A stretch of DNA of 64,000 bases from Nemertoderma westbladi (GCA_032718475.1 JAUCBJ010007324.1:1-64000), one strand, 5' to 3'; positions 48,160-61,453 are shown, numbered from the stretch's first letter. The notes: generated from the letters alone by a model not told the origin. A program made the numbers and translations.

Positions 48160-48480
48160 ATTAATTATATCTCAACGAATTTCCTTGAAATAGATCGAAC
48201 ATCGAACTTGATGAATGGCTCACGGACAATAAACTCTCCTTGAATCTAAAGAAAACAGAATACATTATCGTGGACAATCGCAATTCAAATACAATAATTC
48301 CGGATGTGAGCCTTCATTCAACTCCATGAACTAAAACTACGGCATCAAAATTTCTACGAATCTACATAGACAATAAAATAAACTGGAAAATTCGCTGCAA
48401 CCATGTATTAGCAAAAATATCAAAATTATCCGGGATCTTCTTTAAACTGAGACACATTCTACCTCTGGACATCGTAGTAT
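48160..48480 (+). mobile_element. Fragment of CR1/L2-group LINE RT C-terminus
   Basis: DEWLTDNKLSLNLKKTEYII and KFLRIYIDNKINWKIRCNHVLAKISKLSGIFFKLRHILP. Confidence 0.75.
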
Positions 48481-48927
48481 CCCTCGTTGTTAGTGAGTGA
48501 GGTGTCCAAGGTCCCCATAATGGAGGCCGCATTTCCAACCATGATGGCAACAGCCAGTCTCTACAAGAGGAAGCGGTGGGATCGGGGTTCCTTGGTAACA
48601 GAGTGGAGTCTTGCCCTGATTTCCTTCAGGAACTCGGATGTTTCAGGGCCGGGGCGGCCCAAGGTCTCGTAGGCTACTTGGGGGAAGAGGTAGCCCTGGT
48701 CCATGAGTTCCTGGTACTTGTGGATCTTTAGAGTTTCCACTTCCTCTGCAGTGCGCCTCCGGCGGATAGCGTCTGGGCGAGGTGGCTGGGCGACAGTGGG
48801 TCCTCCACCGTCGCGTCCCACACAAGGCGAGGTGGCTGGGCGCCAGTGGGTCCTCCACCGTCGCGTCCCACACAAGGCGAGGTGGCTGGGCGCCAGTGGC
48901 TCCTCCATCGTCGCGTCCCACACAAGG
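48481..48927 (-). mobile_element. 3' fragment of CRE-like non-LTR element, restriction-like endonuclease domain
   Basis: VWDATVEDPLAPSHL...ETLKIHKYQEL...VAYETLGRPGPETSEFLKEI...EPRSHRFLL*RLAVAIMVGNAASIMGT. Confidence 0.8.
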
Positions 48928-49004
48928 CTTATTATTCTTATTACTCTTATTATTTTATATCTATAATTTTGTTATATTCTATATTTGTCTTCCTCTCGAA
49001 CAGT

Positions 49005-49145
49005 TGCCCCCGCTCTTACCGCTTCCTTCTGCCGAGACCGGTGTTGCCCTCCTGGTCGGAAATGCGGCCTCCATTATGGGGACCATGGACCCCTCACTCA
49101 CTAACAACAAGGGACTCTACGGGGTGGTCTATGGTCCCTAGTACC
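49005..49145 (+). mobile_element. Second CRE-like 3' end fragment, inverted relative to the first
   Basis: PRSYRFLL...VGNAASIMGTMDPSLTNNKGLYGVVYGP*, followed by C-rich tail. Confidence 0.7.
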
Positions 49146-49365
49146 CCCCCCCCCCCCTCCCTCCCCAATGAAACAGACAAACTTACACCCCACCCCCCCC
49201 CCCCCCCCTCCCCAATGAAACAGACTAACTTACACCCCACCCACCCCTCCCCATAGCTTTCTTATATTAATATGTTATTAATATTTACATAATTTCTTTA
49301 TTATGACTGAATATAAATAACTGGGACACAATCCAATTAAATCACATCAATTAAACCGAATAATT

Positions 49366-50165
49366 ACAAATAATTAATATAAAGGAATAGGGTTAGCTCA
49401 TAATAATGATCCTTCAATAAATACAAATAATTAATATAAAGGAATAGAGTTAGCTCACAATAATGATCCTTCAATAAATACAAATAATTAATATAAAGGA
49501 ATAGGGTTAGCTCACAATAATGATCCTTCAATAAATACAAATAATTAATATAAAGGAATAGGGTTAGCTCACAATAATGATCCTTCAATAAATACAAATA
49601 ATTAATATAAAGGAATAGGGTTAGCTCACAATAATGATCCTTCAATAAATACAAATAATTAATATAAAGGAATAGGGTTAGCTCACAATAATGATCCTTC
49701 AATAAATACAAATAATTAATATAAAGGAATAGGGTTAGCTCAAAATAATGATCCTTCAATAAATACAAATAATTAATATAAAGGAATAGGGTTAGCTCAC
49801 AATAATGATCATTTAATAATTACAAATAATTAATATAAAGGAATAGGGTTAGCCTACAATAATGATCCTTCAATAAATACAAATAATTAATATAAAAGAA
49901 TAGGGTTAGCTCACAATAATGATCCTTCAATAAATACAAATAATTAATATAAAGGAATAGGGTTAGCTTACAATAATGATCCTTCAATAAATACAAATAA
50001 TTAATATAAAGGAATAGGGTTAGCTCACAATAATGATCCTTCAATAAATACAAATAATTAATATAAAGGAATAGGGTTAGCTCACAATAATGATCCTTCA
50101 ATAAATACAAATAATTAATATAAAGGAATAGGGTTAGCTCACAATAATGATCCTTCAATAATTAC
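49366..50165. repeat. Tandem satellite, 57-bp unit, about 14 copies
   Basis: Unit ACAAATAATTAATATAAAGGAATAGGGTTAGCTCACAATAATGATCCTTCAATAAAT. Confidence 0.97.
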
Positions 50166-52466
50166 AACAGCTGAAAATCTGATTTGGTTTCATGTCAGTG
50201 TTCCATATAGGAATGTAAGTATATAGAGAAGGAACCCTGTGTATCCAATACAGACCCCCCTGGGTTTACTGAACAAGTCTGTAACCAATCCACTGATCGC
50301 TGTAATTAATGCTAAATATATCCTTTATAAGGATATAAATAGCTGAACTGGTGATTTTGGATGCAGAATGGAGTGCGATTGTCCAAACAGAGTTGATAGT
50401 TTAGTAACACGGACGGACGTACAATGACATAGGGTTGTCGGGTAACTTTAGGGAAACCACAACCAGCCACAGTGGGACCGAGATAATTAGAATAGATTAG
50501 ATAAACATATAACATTATAGTAGTTCTGAATGGGAACCAACTCCGTTACACTCATTGTAAACCAATGTTTTATTGGTTAAAGAACCGATTGGTTAATAAT
50601 ATAACCAATGGGAACCTCTGAGTAATAATTAAAACGTTTTATTAGTGGATGGACCAGGTTTGTATCTACCAAAGGGACGTAGCAGATACACAGGTATTAC
50701 TCGAATACTCAATACAGATAATATGGGAATAAAATCGAACAAAAACTAATTAAAATGAAAATCAATTGAGGGAAATTTATATCATTTATGTATTTATATC
50801 TGATATAAATTAATTATTTTAGATCTAATTTTAGCGAAAATTGCGAGCTCTCCCTATGCAAAATAATTAAATCTTTATTATTATTTATAATATTAAATAA
50901 AGTTATAAAATTCCCATAATATAAATTATTACATAAACCTATTTATAATACTGGCCCTCAACATCAATACTATTAAATATTTTCGGTAACTGAATATAAT
51001 ATTCTGTAAGATACGGGATTGAACTGGTGTTATTCAATCAATTGATCTGATCTTCTTTTGAATACTTAGGAGAGTTTGAGTTTAGAACATCGGAACTACT
51101 GTCTGTCTGTAGGGTTGGATTACTTTATTGGGATGTTATTTGTTAATTTGTTGATTTGTTATAATTAAGTTTCTCTTCTCTGATATTCCAATATTATATA
51201 TATAATAATCTGCTTCTGTTTTCTTATATTCCAAATGGCATCTTGTTTGGTTTGCGATTATTCTGTAAATATAGGAATTAAATAGGTCCATAAAATTTGC
51301 ATATTATTGAAACTTTTTTTTATGTTACATTTCTTTATATAATATTTAATTTATTTCGAATATGCACCAAACAATACCCCCCACCAACAGACAACATGTA
51401 TTAATTGACCAAGTAGAAAAGGGCGGGAAATTTAAAACTATCAGTATGATAGGCCCTAGTGATATAAGGCGGGAAATTTAAAACGATTTCAACATTGAAA
51501 CTATTTCAATGCAACTAAATAGTACAGTAATAATTTTAAGGAGCATTTCTAACATTCTAAAAGGAGAAATTTCTTCCTGACTGAAAACCAAAATTAGTTC
51601 TAGAGGCCTTTGGACTCAATGTACTCACCTTAATATATCGAAGATTCAACTCCTTAAATAAATCGGATTGTTGGTCTAGTTGGAATATAAGATATGTTGC
51701 CGAAATCTCAATGTTAAATAATAATCTGTCAGAGTTGAACTGAAGTTGTTGATTTAGAAGTCAAGAGTTGATACTTGTCTGGAAAATAGCAAAACGGAAA
51801 TGATTTCGTATAAAAATTGATTAGCTTATCTAATAATTAATTTTTAACGAATTCGTTTATTTAATTTTTCACTCACCAAAATGTAAAATAATCGTAATTT
51901 TTATCTTAAGTATTTCTCTAAGTTCTAAACAGAGACATTATTAGTGAATAATGGTTCTGGGGTTGGTTATTCAACTCAATGTAACTCACCGACGACATAT
52001 CGAAGCTTGTCTTACTGGATCTTTCGGAGATTTTGAGCTAATTTCATTGAGTTGTAGATTTGGAAACCTTCTAGATAATTGTCTGAAATATAACAAAAAT
52101 GAAATATTATGATTTCATAACTTTAATTAGCTCATCTAACAGGTTAGTTTAACAAACTCTGTGCAACAAATTATTAAACACTTAGTCTGTTGTTGTTATT
52201 TAATAGCAAAAACCAATACCGGTACCATTATAGAGGTAGGACAAGTAACTAAGTCATTGTATATGTTATGCCCGACTGCTATACTTACTTTAGTATTTAT
52301 TTAGTTAGTGGCGACCAACTGGGTTTCTTCATTGAATTCACAAATTGTGTTTCTTTTTGCGGCAGACTTAATCTATAAATAAATTAGGGATAATAAATGT
52401 CTAAATGGCAGTTTAACGGAAAATTAAATCATTAGCTAAACATCAGCTGGAGAAAACAAACTAACA

Positions 52467-55400
52467 AACGCCGAGCTCTATGGCACTATACCACCTGTAT
52501 CAACCACCCTCCGTGAACGCCGAGCTCTATGGTACTATACCATCTGTATCAACCGCCCTCCGTGAACGCCGAGCTCTATGGTACTATACCACCTGTATCA
52601 ACCACCCTCCGTGAACGCCGAGCTCTATGGTACTATACCACCTGTATCAACCACCCTCCGTGAACGCCGAGCTCTATGGTACTATACCACCTGTATCAAC
52701 CACCCTCCGTGAACGCCGAGCTCTATGGTACTATACCATCTGTATCAACCACCCTCCGTGAACGCCGAGCTCTATGGTACTATACCACCTGTATCAACCA
52801 CCCTCCGTGAACGCCGAGCTCTATGGTACTATACCATCTGTATCAACCACCCTCCGTGAACGCTGAGCTCTATGGTACTATACCATCTGTATCAACCACC
52901 CTCCGTGAACGCCGAGCTCTATGGTACTATACCACCTGTATCAACCACCCTCCGTGAACGCCGAGCTCTATGGTACTATACCACCTGTATCAACCGCCCT
53001 CCGTGAACGCCGAGCTCTATGGTACTATACCACCTGTATCAACCACCCTCCGTGAACGCCGAGCTCTATGGTACTATACCACCTGTATCAACCACCCTCC
53101 GTGAACGCCGAGCTCTATGGTACTATACCATCTGTATCAACCACCCTCCGTGAACGCCGAGCTCTATGGTACTATACCACCTGTATCAACCACCCTCCGT
53201 GAACGCCGAGCTCTATGGTACTATACCACCTGTATCAACCACCCTCCGTGAACGCCGAGCTCTATGGTACTATACCACCTGTATCAACCACCCTCCGTGA
53301 ACGCCGAGCTCTATGGTACTATACCACCTGTATCAACCACCCTCCGTGAACGCCGAGCTCTATGGTACTATACCACCTGTATCAACCACCCTCCGTGAAC
53401 GCCGAGCTCTATGGTACTATACCATCTGTATCAACCACCCTCCGTGAACGCCGAGCTCTATGGTACTATACCACCTGTATCAACCACCCTCCGTGAACGC
53501 CGAGCTCTATGGTACTATACCATCTGTATCAACCACCCTCCGTGAACGCCGAGCTCTATGGTACTATACCACCTGTATCAACCACCCTCCGTGAACGCCG
53601 AGCTCTATGGTACTATACCATCTGTATCAACCACCCTCCGTGAACGCCGAGCTCTATGGTACTATACCACCTGTATCAACCACCCTCCGTGAACGCCGAG
53701 CTCTATGGTACTATACCATCTGTATCAACCACCCTCCGTGAACGCCGAGCTCTATGGTACTATACCACCTGTATCAACCACCCTCCGTGAACGCCGAGCT
53801 CTATGGTACTATACCACCTGTATCAACCACCCTCCGTGAACGCCGAGCTCTATGGTACTATACCATCTGTATCAACCACCCTCCGTGAACGCCGAGCTCT
53901 ATGGTACTATACCACCTGTATCAACCACCCTCCGTGAACGCCGAGCTCTATGGTACTATACCATCTGTATCAACCACCCTCCGTGAACGCCGAGCTCTAT
54001 GGTACTATACCACCTGTATCAACCACCCTCCGTGAACGCCGAGCTCTATGGTACTGTACCATCTGTATCAACCACCCTCCGTGAACGCCGAGCTCTATGG
54101 TACTATACCACCTGTATCAACAACCCTCCGTGAACGCCGAGCTCTATGGTACTATACCATCTGTATCAACCACCCTCCGTGAACGCCGAGCTCTATGGTA
54201 CTATACCATCTGTATCAACCACCCTCCGTGAACGCCGAGCTCTATGGTAGTATACCATCTGTATCAACCACCCTCCGTGAACGCCGAGCTCTATGGTACT
54301 GTACCACCTGTATCAACCACCCTCCGTGAACGCCGAGCTCTATGGTACTATACCACCTGTATCAACCACCCTCCGTGAACGCCGAGCTCTATGGTACTAT
54401 ACCATCTGTATCAACCACCCTCCGTGAACGCCGAGCTCTATGGTACTATACCACCTGTATCAACCACCCTCCGTGAACGCCGAGCTCTATGGTACTATAC
54501 CATCTGTATCAACCACCCTCCGTGACCGCCGAGCTCTATGGTACTATACCATCTGTATCAACCACCCTCCGTGAACGCCGAGCTCTATGGTACTGTACTA
54601 TACCATCTGTATCAACCACCCTCCGTGAACGCCGAGCTCTATGGTACTATACCACCTGTATCAACCACCCTCCGTGAACGCCGAGCTCTATGGTACTATA
54701 CCATCTGTATCAACCACCCTCCGTGAACGCCGAGCTCTATGGTACTGTACTATACCATCTGTATCAACCACCCTCCGTGAACGCCGAGCTCTATGGTGCT
54801 ATACCACCTGTATCAACCACCCTCCGTGAACGCCGAGCTCTATGGTACTATACCATCTGTATCAACCACCCTCCGTGAACTCCGAGCTCTATGGTACTGT
54901 ACTATACCATCTGTATCAACCACCCTCCGTGAACGCCGAGCTCTATGGTACTATACCACCTGTATCAACGACCCTCCGTGAACGCCGAGGTCTATGGTAC
55001 TATACCACCTGTATCAACCACCCTCCGTGAACGCCGAGCTCTATGGTACTATACCACCTGTATCAACCACCCTCCGTGAACGCCGAGCTCTATGGTACTA
55101 TACCACCTGTATCAACCACCCTCCGTGAACGCCGAGCTCTATGGTACTATACCACCTGTATCAACCACCCTCCGTGAACGCCGAGCTCAATGGTACTATA
55201 CCAACTGTATCAACCACCCTCCGTGAACGCCGAGCTCTATGGTACTATACCACCTATATCAACCACCCTCCGTGAATGCCGAGCTCTATGGTACTATACC
55301 ACCTGTATCAACCACCCTCCGTGAACGCCGAGCTCTATGGTACTATACCGCCTGTATCAACCACCCTCCGTGAACGCCGAGCTCTATGGTACTATACCGC

Positions 55401-56165
55401 CTGTATCAACCACCCTCCGTAAACGCCGAGCTCTATGGTACTATACCACCTGTATCAACCACCCTCCGTGAACGCCGAGCTCTATGGTACTATACCACCT
55501 GTATCAACCACCCTCCGTGAACGCCGAGCTCTATGGTACTATACCACCTGTATCAACCACCCTCCGTGAACGCCGAGCTCTATGGTACTATACCACCTGT
55601 ATCAACCACCCTCCGTGAACGCCGAGCTCTATGGTACTATACCACCTGTATCAACCACCCTCCGTGAACGCCGAGCTCTATGGTACTATACCACCTGTAT
55701 CAACCACCCTCCGTGAACGCCGAGCTCTATGGTACTATACCACCTGTATCAACCACCCTCCGTGAATGCCGAGCTCTATGGTACTATACCACCTGTATCA
55801 ACCACCCTCCGTGAACGCCGAGCTCTATGGTACTATACCACCTGTATCAACCACCCTCCGTGAACGCCGAGCTCTATGTTACTATACCGCCTGTATCAAC
55901 CACCCTCCGTAAACGCCGAGCTCTATGGTACTATACCACCTGTATCAACCACCCTCCGTGAACGCCGAGCTCTATGGTACTATACCACCTGTATCAACCA
56001 CCCTCCGTGAACGCCGAGCTCTATGGTACTATACCACCTGTATCAACCACCCTCCGTGAACGCCGAGCTCTATGGTACTATACCACCTGTATCAACCACC
56101 CTCCGTGAACGCAGATCTCTATGGTACTATACCACCTGTATCAACCACCCTCCGTGAACGCCGAG
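52467..56165 (+). repeat. Tandem satellite, 49-bp unit, about 75 copies, derived from RTE family 2 coding sequence
   Basis: Unit AACGCCGAGCTCTATGGTACTATACCACCTGTATCAACCACCCTCCGTG equals the reverse complement of 46680-46728 with 2 substitutions. Confidence 0.97.
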
Positions 56166-56359
56166 TCAACACACCAGTCGGGATTCCCTCGCCAACTCGG
56201 GGGACCCGTCGCAAGATATATAAATCGTATTAGCAATACTTAATTAAGAAGCAATTAATAGTCAATCAAATAATATAGACTATTTGTTGGAATTTGTAAA
56301 ATATCACATTTTGTTAATTTACCACTCACCGAAAATAGGAAGTCCCACACCCGTGTTCT

Positions 56360-59300
56360 GAGTTTGGTCGGTTCACATATCGTGGATTCGAGTTTGGTTG
56401 ATTCACATATCGTGGTTCAGAGTTTGGTTGGTTCACATATCGTGGTTCACAGTTTGGTTGGTTCACATATCGTGGGTCAGAGTTTGGTTGGTTCACATAT
56501 CGTGGTTCAGAGTTTGGTTGGTTCACATATCGTGGTTCAGATTTTGGTTGGTTCACATATCGTGGTTCAGACAGAGTTTGGTTGGTTCACATATCGTGGT
56601 TCAGAGTTTGCTTGGTTCACATATCGTGGTTCAGAGTTTGGTTGGTTCACATATCGTGGTTCAGACAGAGTTTGGTTGTTTCTCATATCGTGGATTCGAG
56701 TTTGGTTGGTTCACATATCCTGGTTCAGAGTTTGGTTGGTTCACATATCGTGGGTCAGAGTTTGGTTGGTTCACATATCGTGGATCAGAGTTTGGTTGGT
56801 TCTCATATCGTGGATTCGAGTTTGGTTGGTTCACATATCGTGGTTCAGAGTTTGTTGGTTCACATATCGTGGGTCAGAGTTTGGTTGGTTCACATATCGT
56901 GGTTCAGAGTTTGGTTGGTTCACATATCGTGGATCAGAGTTTGGTTGGTTCTCATATCGTGGTTCAGAGTTTGGTTGGTTCTCATATCGTGGTTCAGAGT
57001 TTGGTTGGTTCACATATCGTGGTTCAGAGTTTGGTTGGTTCACATATCGTGGTTCAGACAGAGTTTGGTTGTTTCTCATATCGTGGATTCGAGTTTGGTT
57101 TGTTCACATATCGTGGTTCAGAGTTTGGTTGGTTCACATATCGTGGGTCAGAGTTTGGTTGGTTCTCATATCGTGGTTCAGATTTTGGTTGGTTCACATA
57201 TCGTGGGTCAGAGTTTGGTTGGTTCACATATCGTGGTTCAGAGTTTGGTTGGTTCTCATATCGTGGTTCAGAGTTTGGTTGGTTCACATATCGTGGGTCA
57301 GAGTTTGGTTGGTTCTTATATTGTGGTTCAGAGTTTGGTTGGTTCACATATCGTGGGTCAGAGTTTGGTTGGTTCACATATCGTGGTTCAGAGTTTGGTT
57401 GGTTCTCATATCGTGGGTCAGAGTTTGGTTGGTTCTTATATTGCGGTTCAGAGATTGGTTGGTTCTCATATCGTGGTTCAGAGTTTGGTTGGTTCACATA
57501 TCGTGGTTCAGAGTTTGGTTGGTTCTTATATTGTGGTTCAGAGTTTGGTTGGTTCACATATCGTGGGTCAGAGTTTGGTTGGTTCACATATCGTGGTTCA
57601 GAGTTTGGTTGGTTCTCATATCGTGGTTCAGAGTTTGGTTGGTTCACATATCGTGGGTCAGAGTTTGGTTGGTTCTTATATTGTGGTTCAGAGTTTGGTT
57701 GGTTCACATATCGTGGGTCAGAGTTTGGTTGGTTCACATATCGTGGTTCAGAGTTTGGTTGGTTCTCATATCGTGGATTCGAGTTTGGTAGGTTCACATA
57801 TCGTGGATTCGAGTTTGGTTGGTTCACATATCGTGGTTCAGAGTTTGGTTGGTTCACATATCGTGGTTCAGAGTTTGGTTGGTTCACATATCGTGGTTCA
57901 GAGTTTGGTTGGTTCACATATCGTGGTTCAGAGTTTGGTTGGTTCACATATCGTGGTTCAGAGTTTGGTTGGTTCACATATCGTGGTTCAGAGTTTGGTT
58001 GGTTCACATATCGTGGTTCAGAGTTTGGTTGGTTCTCATATCGTGGATTCGAGTTTGGTAGGTTCACATATCGTGGATTCGAGTTTGGTTGGTTCACATA
58101 TCGTGGTTCAGAGTTTGGTTGGTTCACATATCGTGGTTCAGAGTTTGGTTGGTTCACATATCGTGGATTCGAGTTTGGTTGTTTCTCATATCGTGGATTC
58201 GAGTTTGGTTGGCTCTCATATCGTGGTTCAGAGTTTGGTTGGTTCACATATTGTGGTTCAGAGTTTGGTTGGTTCACATATCGTGGTTCAGAGTTTGGTA
58301 GGTTCACATATCGTGGTTCAGAGTTTGGTTGGTTCACATATCGTGGATTCGAGTTTGGTTGTTTCTCATATCGTGGATTCGAGTTTGGTTGGCTCTCATA
58401 TCGTGGTTCAGAGTTTGGTTGGTTCACATATCGTGGGTCAGAGTTTGGTTGGTTCACATATCGTGGTTCAGAGTTTGGTTGGTTCACATATCGTGGATTC
58501 GAGTTTGGTTGTTTCTCATATCGTGGATTCGAGTTTGGTTGGCTCTCATATCGTAGTTCAGAGTTTGGTTGGTTCACATATCGTGGGTCAGAGTTTGGTT
58601 GGTTCACATATCGTGGTTCAGAGTTTGGTTGGTTCACATATCGTGGTTCAGATTTTGTTTGGTTCACATATCGTAGATTCGAGTTTGGTTGTTTCTCATA
58701 TCGTGGATTCGAGTTTGGTTGGCTCTCATATCGTGGTTCAGAGTTTGGTTGGTTCACATATCGTGGGTCAGAGTTTGGTTGGTTCACATATCGTGGTTCA
58801 GAGTTTGGTTGGTTCACATATCGTGGTTCAGAGTTTGGTTGGTTCAGATATCGTGGTTCAGAGTTTGGTCGGTTCACATATCGTGGTTCCGAGTTTGGTT
58901 GGTTCACATATCGTGGTTCAGAGTTTGGTTGGTTCACGTATTGTGGATTCGAGTTTGGTTGGTTCACATATCGTGGTTCAGAGTTTGGTTGGTTCTCATA
59001 TCGTGGTTCAGAGTTTGGTTGGTTTACATATCCTGGTTTAGAGTTTGGTTGGTTCTCATATCGTGGTTCAGAGTTTGGTTGGTTTCACATATTGTGGATT
59101 CGAGTTTGGTGGGTTCACATATCTTGGTTCAGAGTTTGGTTGGTTCTCATATCGTGGGTCAGAGTTTGGTTGGTTCACATATCGTGGTTCAGAGTTAGGT
59201 TGGTTCACATATCCTGGTTCAGAGTTTGGTTGGCTCTCATATCGTGGATTCGAGTTTGGTTGGTTCACATATCGTGGATTCGAGTTTGGTTGGTTCTCAT

Positions 59301-61150
59301 ATCGTGGATTCGAGTTTGGTTTGTTCACATATCGTGGGTCAGAGTTTGGTTGGTTCTCATATCGTGGTTCAGAGTTTGGTTGGTTCACATATCGTGGTTC
59401 AGAGTTTGGTTGGTTCTCATATCGTGGGTCAGAGTTTGGTTGGTTCACATATCGTGGTTCAGATTTTGGTTGGTTCACATATCGTGGTTCAGAGTTTGGT
59501 TGGCTCTCATATCGTGGATTCGAGTTTGGTTGGTTCACATATCGTGGATTCGAGTTTGGTTGGTTCTCATATCGTGGATTCGAGTTTGGTTTGTTCACAT
59601 ATCGTGGGTCAGAGTTTGGTTGGTTCACATATCGTGGTTCAGAGTTTGGTTGGTTCACATATCGTGGTTCAGAATTTAGTTGGTTCTCATATCGTGGATT
59701 CGAGTTTGGTTTGTTCACATATCGTGGGTCAGAGTTTGGTTGGTTCTCATATCGTGGTTCAGAGTTTGGTTGGTTCACATATCGTGGTTCAGAGTTTGGT
59801 TGGCTCTCATATCGTGGATTCGAGTTTGGTTGGTTCACATATCGTGGATTCGAGTTTGGTTGGTTCACATATCGTGGATCAGAGTTTGGTTGGTTCTCAT
59901 ATCGTGGATTCGAGTTTGGTTTGTTCACATATCGTGGGTCAGAGTTTGGTTGGTTCTCATATCGTGGTTCAGAGTTTGGTTGGTTCACATATCGTGGTTC
60001 AGAGTTTGGTTGGCTCTCATATCGTGGATTCGAGTTTGGTTGGTTCTCATATCGTGGGTCAGAGTTTGTTTGTTTCTCATATCGTGGATTCGAGTTTGGT
60101 TGGTTCTCATATCGTGGGTCAGAGTTTGGTTTGTTTCCATATAGTGGTTCAGAGTTTGGTTGGTTCACATATCGTGGTTCAGAGTTTGGTTGGTTCACAT
60201 ATCGTGGTTTAGAGTTTGGTTGGTTCACATATCCTGGTTCAGGGTTTGGTTGGTTCACATATCGTGGTTCAGAGTTTGGTTGGTTCACATATCGTGGTTC
60301 AGAGTTTGGTTGGTTCACATATCGTGGTTCAGAGTTTGGTTGGTTCACATATCGTGGTTCAGAGTTTGGTTGGTTCACATATCGTGGATTCGAGTTTGGT
60401 TGGTTCACATATCGTGGGTCAGAGTTTGGTTGGTTCACATATCGTGGATTCGAGTTTGGTTGGTTCACATATCGTGGTTCAGAGTTTGGTTGGTTCACAT
60501 ATCGTGGTTCAGAGTTTGGTTGGTTCTCATATCGTGGTTCAGAGTTTGGTTGGTTCACATATCGTGGTTCAGAGTTTGGTTGGTTCACATATCGTGGTTC
60601 AGAGTTTGGTTGGTTCACATATCACGGATTCGAGTTTGGTTGGTTCACATATCGTGGTTCAGAGTTTGGTTGGTTCACATATCGTGGTTCAGAGTTTGGT
60701 TGGTTCACATATCGTGGTTCAGAGTTTGGTTGGTTCACATATCGTGGTTCAGAGTTTGGTTGGTTCACATATCGTGGTTCAGAGTTAGGTTGGTTCACAT
60801 ATCGTGGTTCAGAGTTTGGTTGGTTCTCATATCGTGGATTCGAGTTTGGTTGGTTCACATATCACGGATTCGAGTTTGGTTGGTTCACATATCGTGGTTC
60901 AGAGTTTGGTTGGTTCACATATCGTGGTTCAGAGTTTGGTTGGTTCACATATCGTGGTTCAGAGTTTGGTTGGTTCACATATCGTGGTTCAGAGTTTGGT
61001 TGGTTCACATATCGTGGTTCAGAGTTTGGTTGGTTCACATATCGTGGTTCAGAGTTTGGTTGGTTCACATATCGTGGTTCAGAGTTAGGTTGGTTCACAT
61101 ATCGTGGTTCAGAGTTTGGTTGGTTCACATATCTTGGTTCAGATTTTGGC
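56360..61150. repeat. Tandem satellite, 30-bp unit, about 160 copies
   Basis: Unit GAGTTTGGTTGGTTCACATATCGTGGTTCA with recurrent variants. Confidence 0.98.
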
Positions 61151-61453
61151 TGATTCCCACATCGTTCACATATCCTATATAATTATCAGCTTATGAGGTT
61201 TTGCTGGAATATATTCGACTATATTTAGTAGATTTCGGTAGTTGAATTCGGAAATGATTCTCGGTGTTTTACCTATTAGACCAATAATTTAATAATTTTA
61301 ATTTAAAAATAAAGTTACAATGAAGTTTGTACAAATTAAAATAAAGTTACAATGACAATGACGATGAGATGGACTGATCTGATTAGAAAATAAATTTGTA
61401 ATATAAAATCAAATTAATAACCTTATAATATATTATATTTACATTCCACTATA

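Noticed and set aside
49364-50158. Repeat ORFs (YLLKDHYCELTLFLYINYL)n and telomere-like TAGGGTTAG
   Set aside because: By-product of the 57-bp satellite; only one partial telomeric motif per unit
50214-50690. Possible solo LTR (TGTAAG...GATACA)
   Set aside because: No matching TSD or partner LTR found
56364-61182. Long plus-strand ORFs (FGWFTYRGSE)n, (VWLVHISWFR)n, (SLVGSHIVVQ)n
   Set aside because: A 30-bp unit without stops is open in all plus frames; no unique coding flanks on this strand
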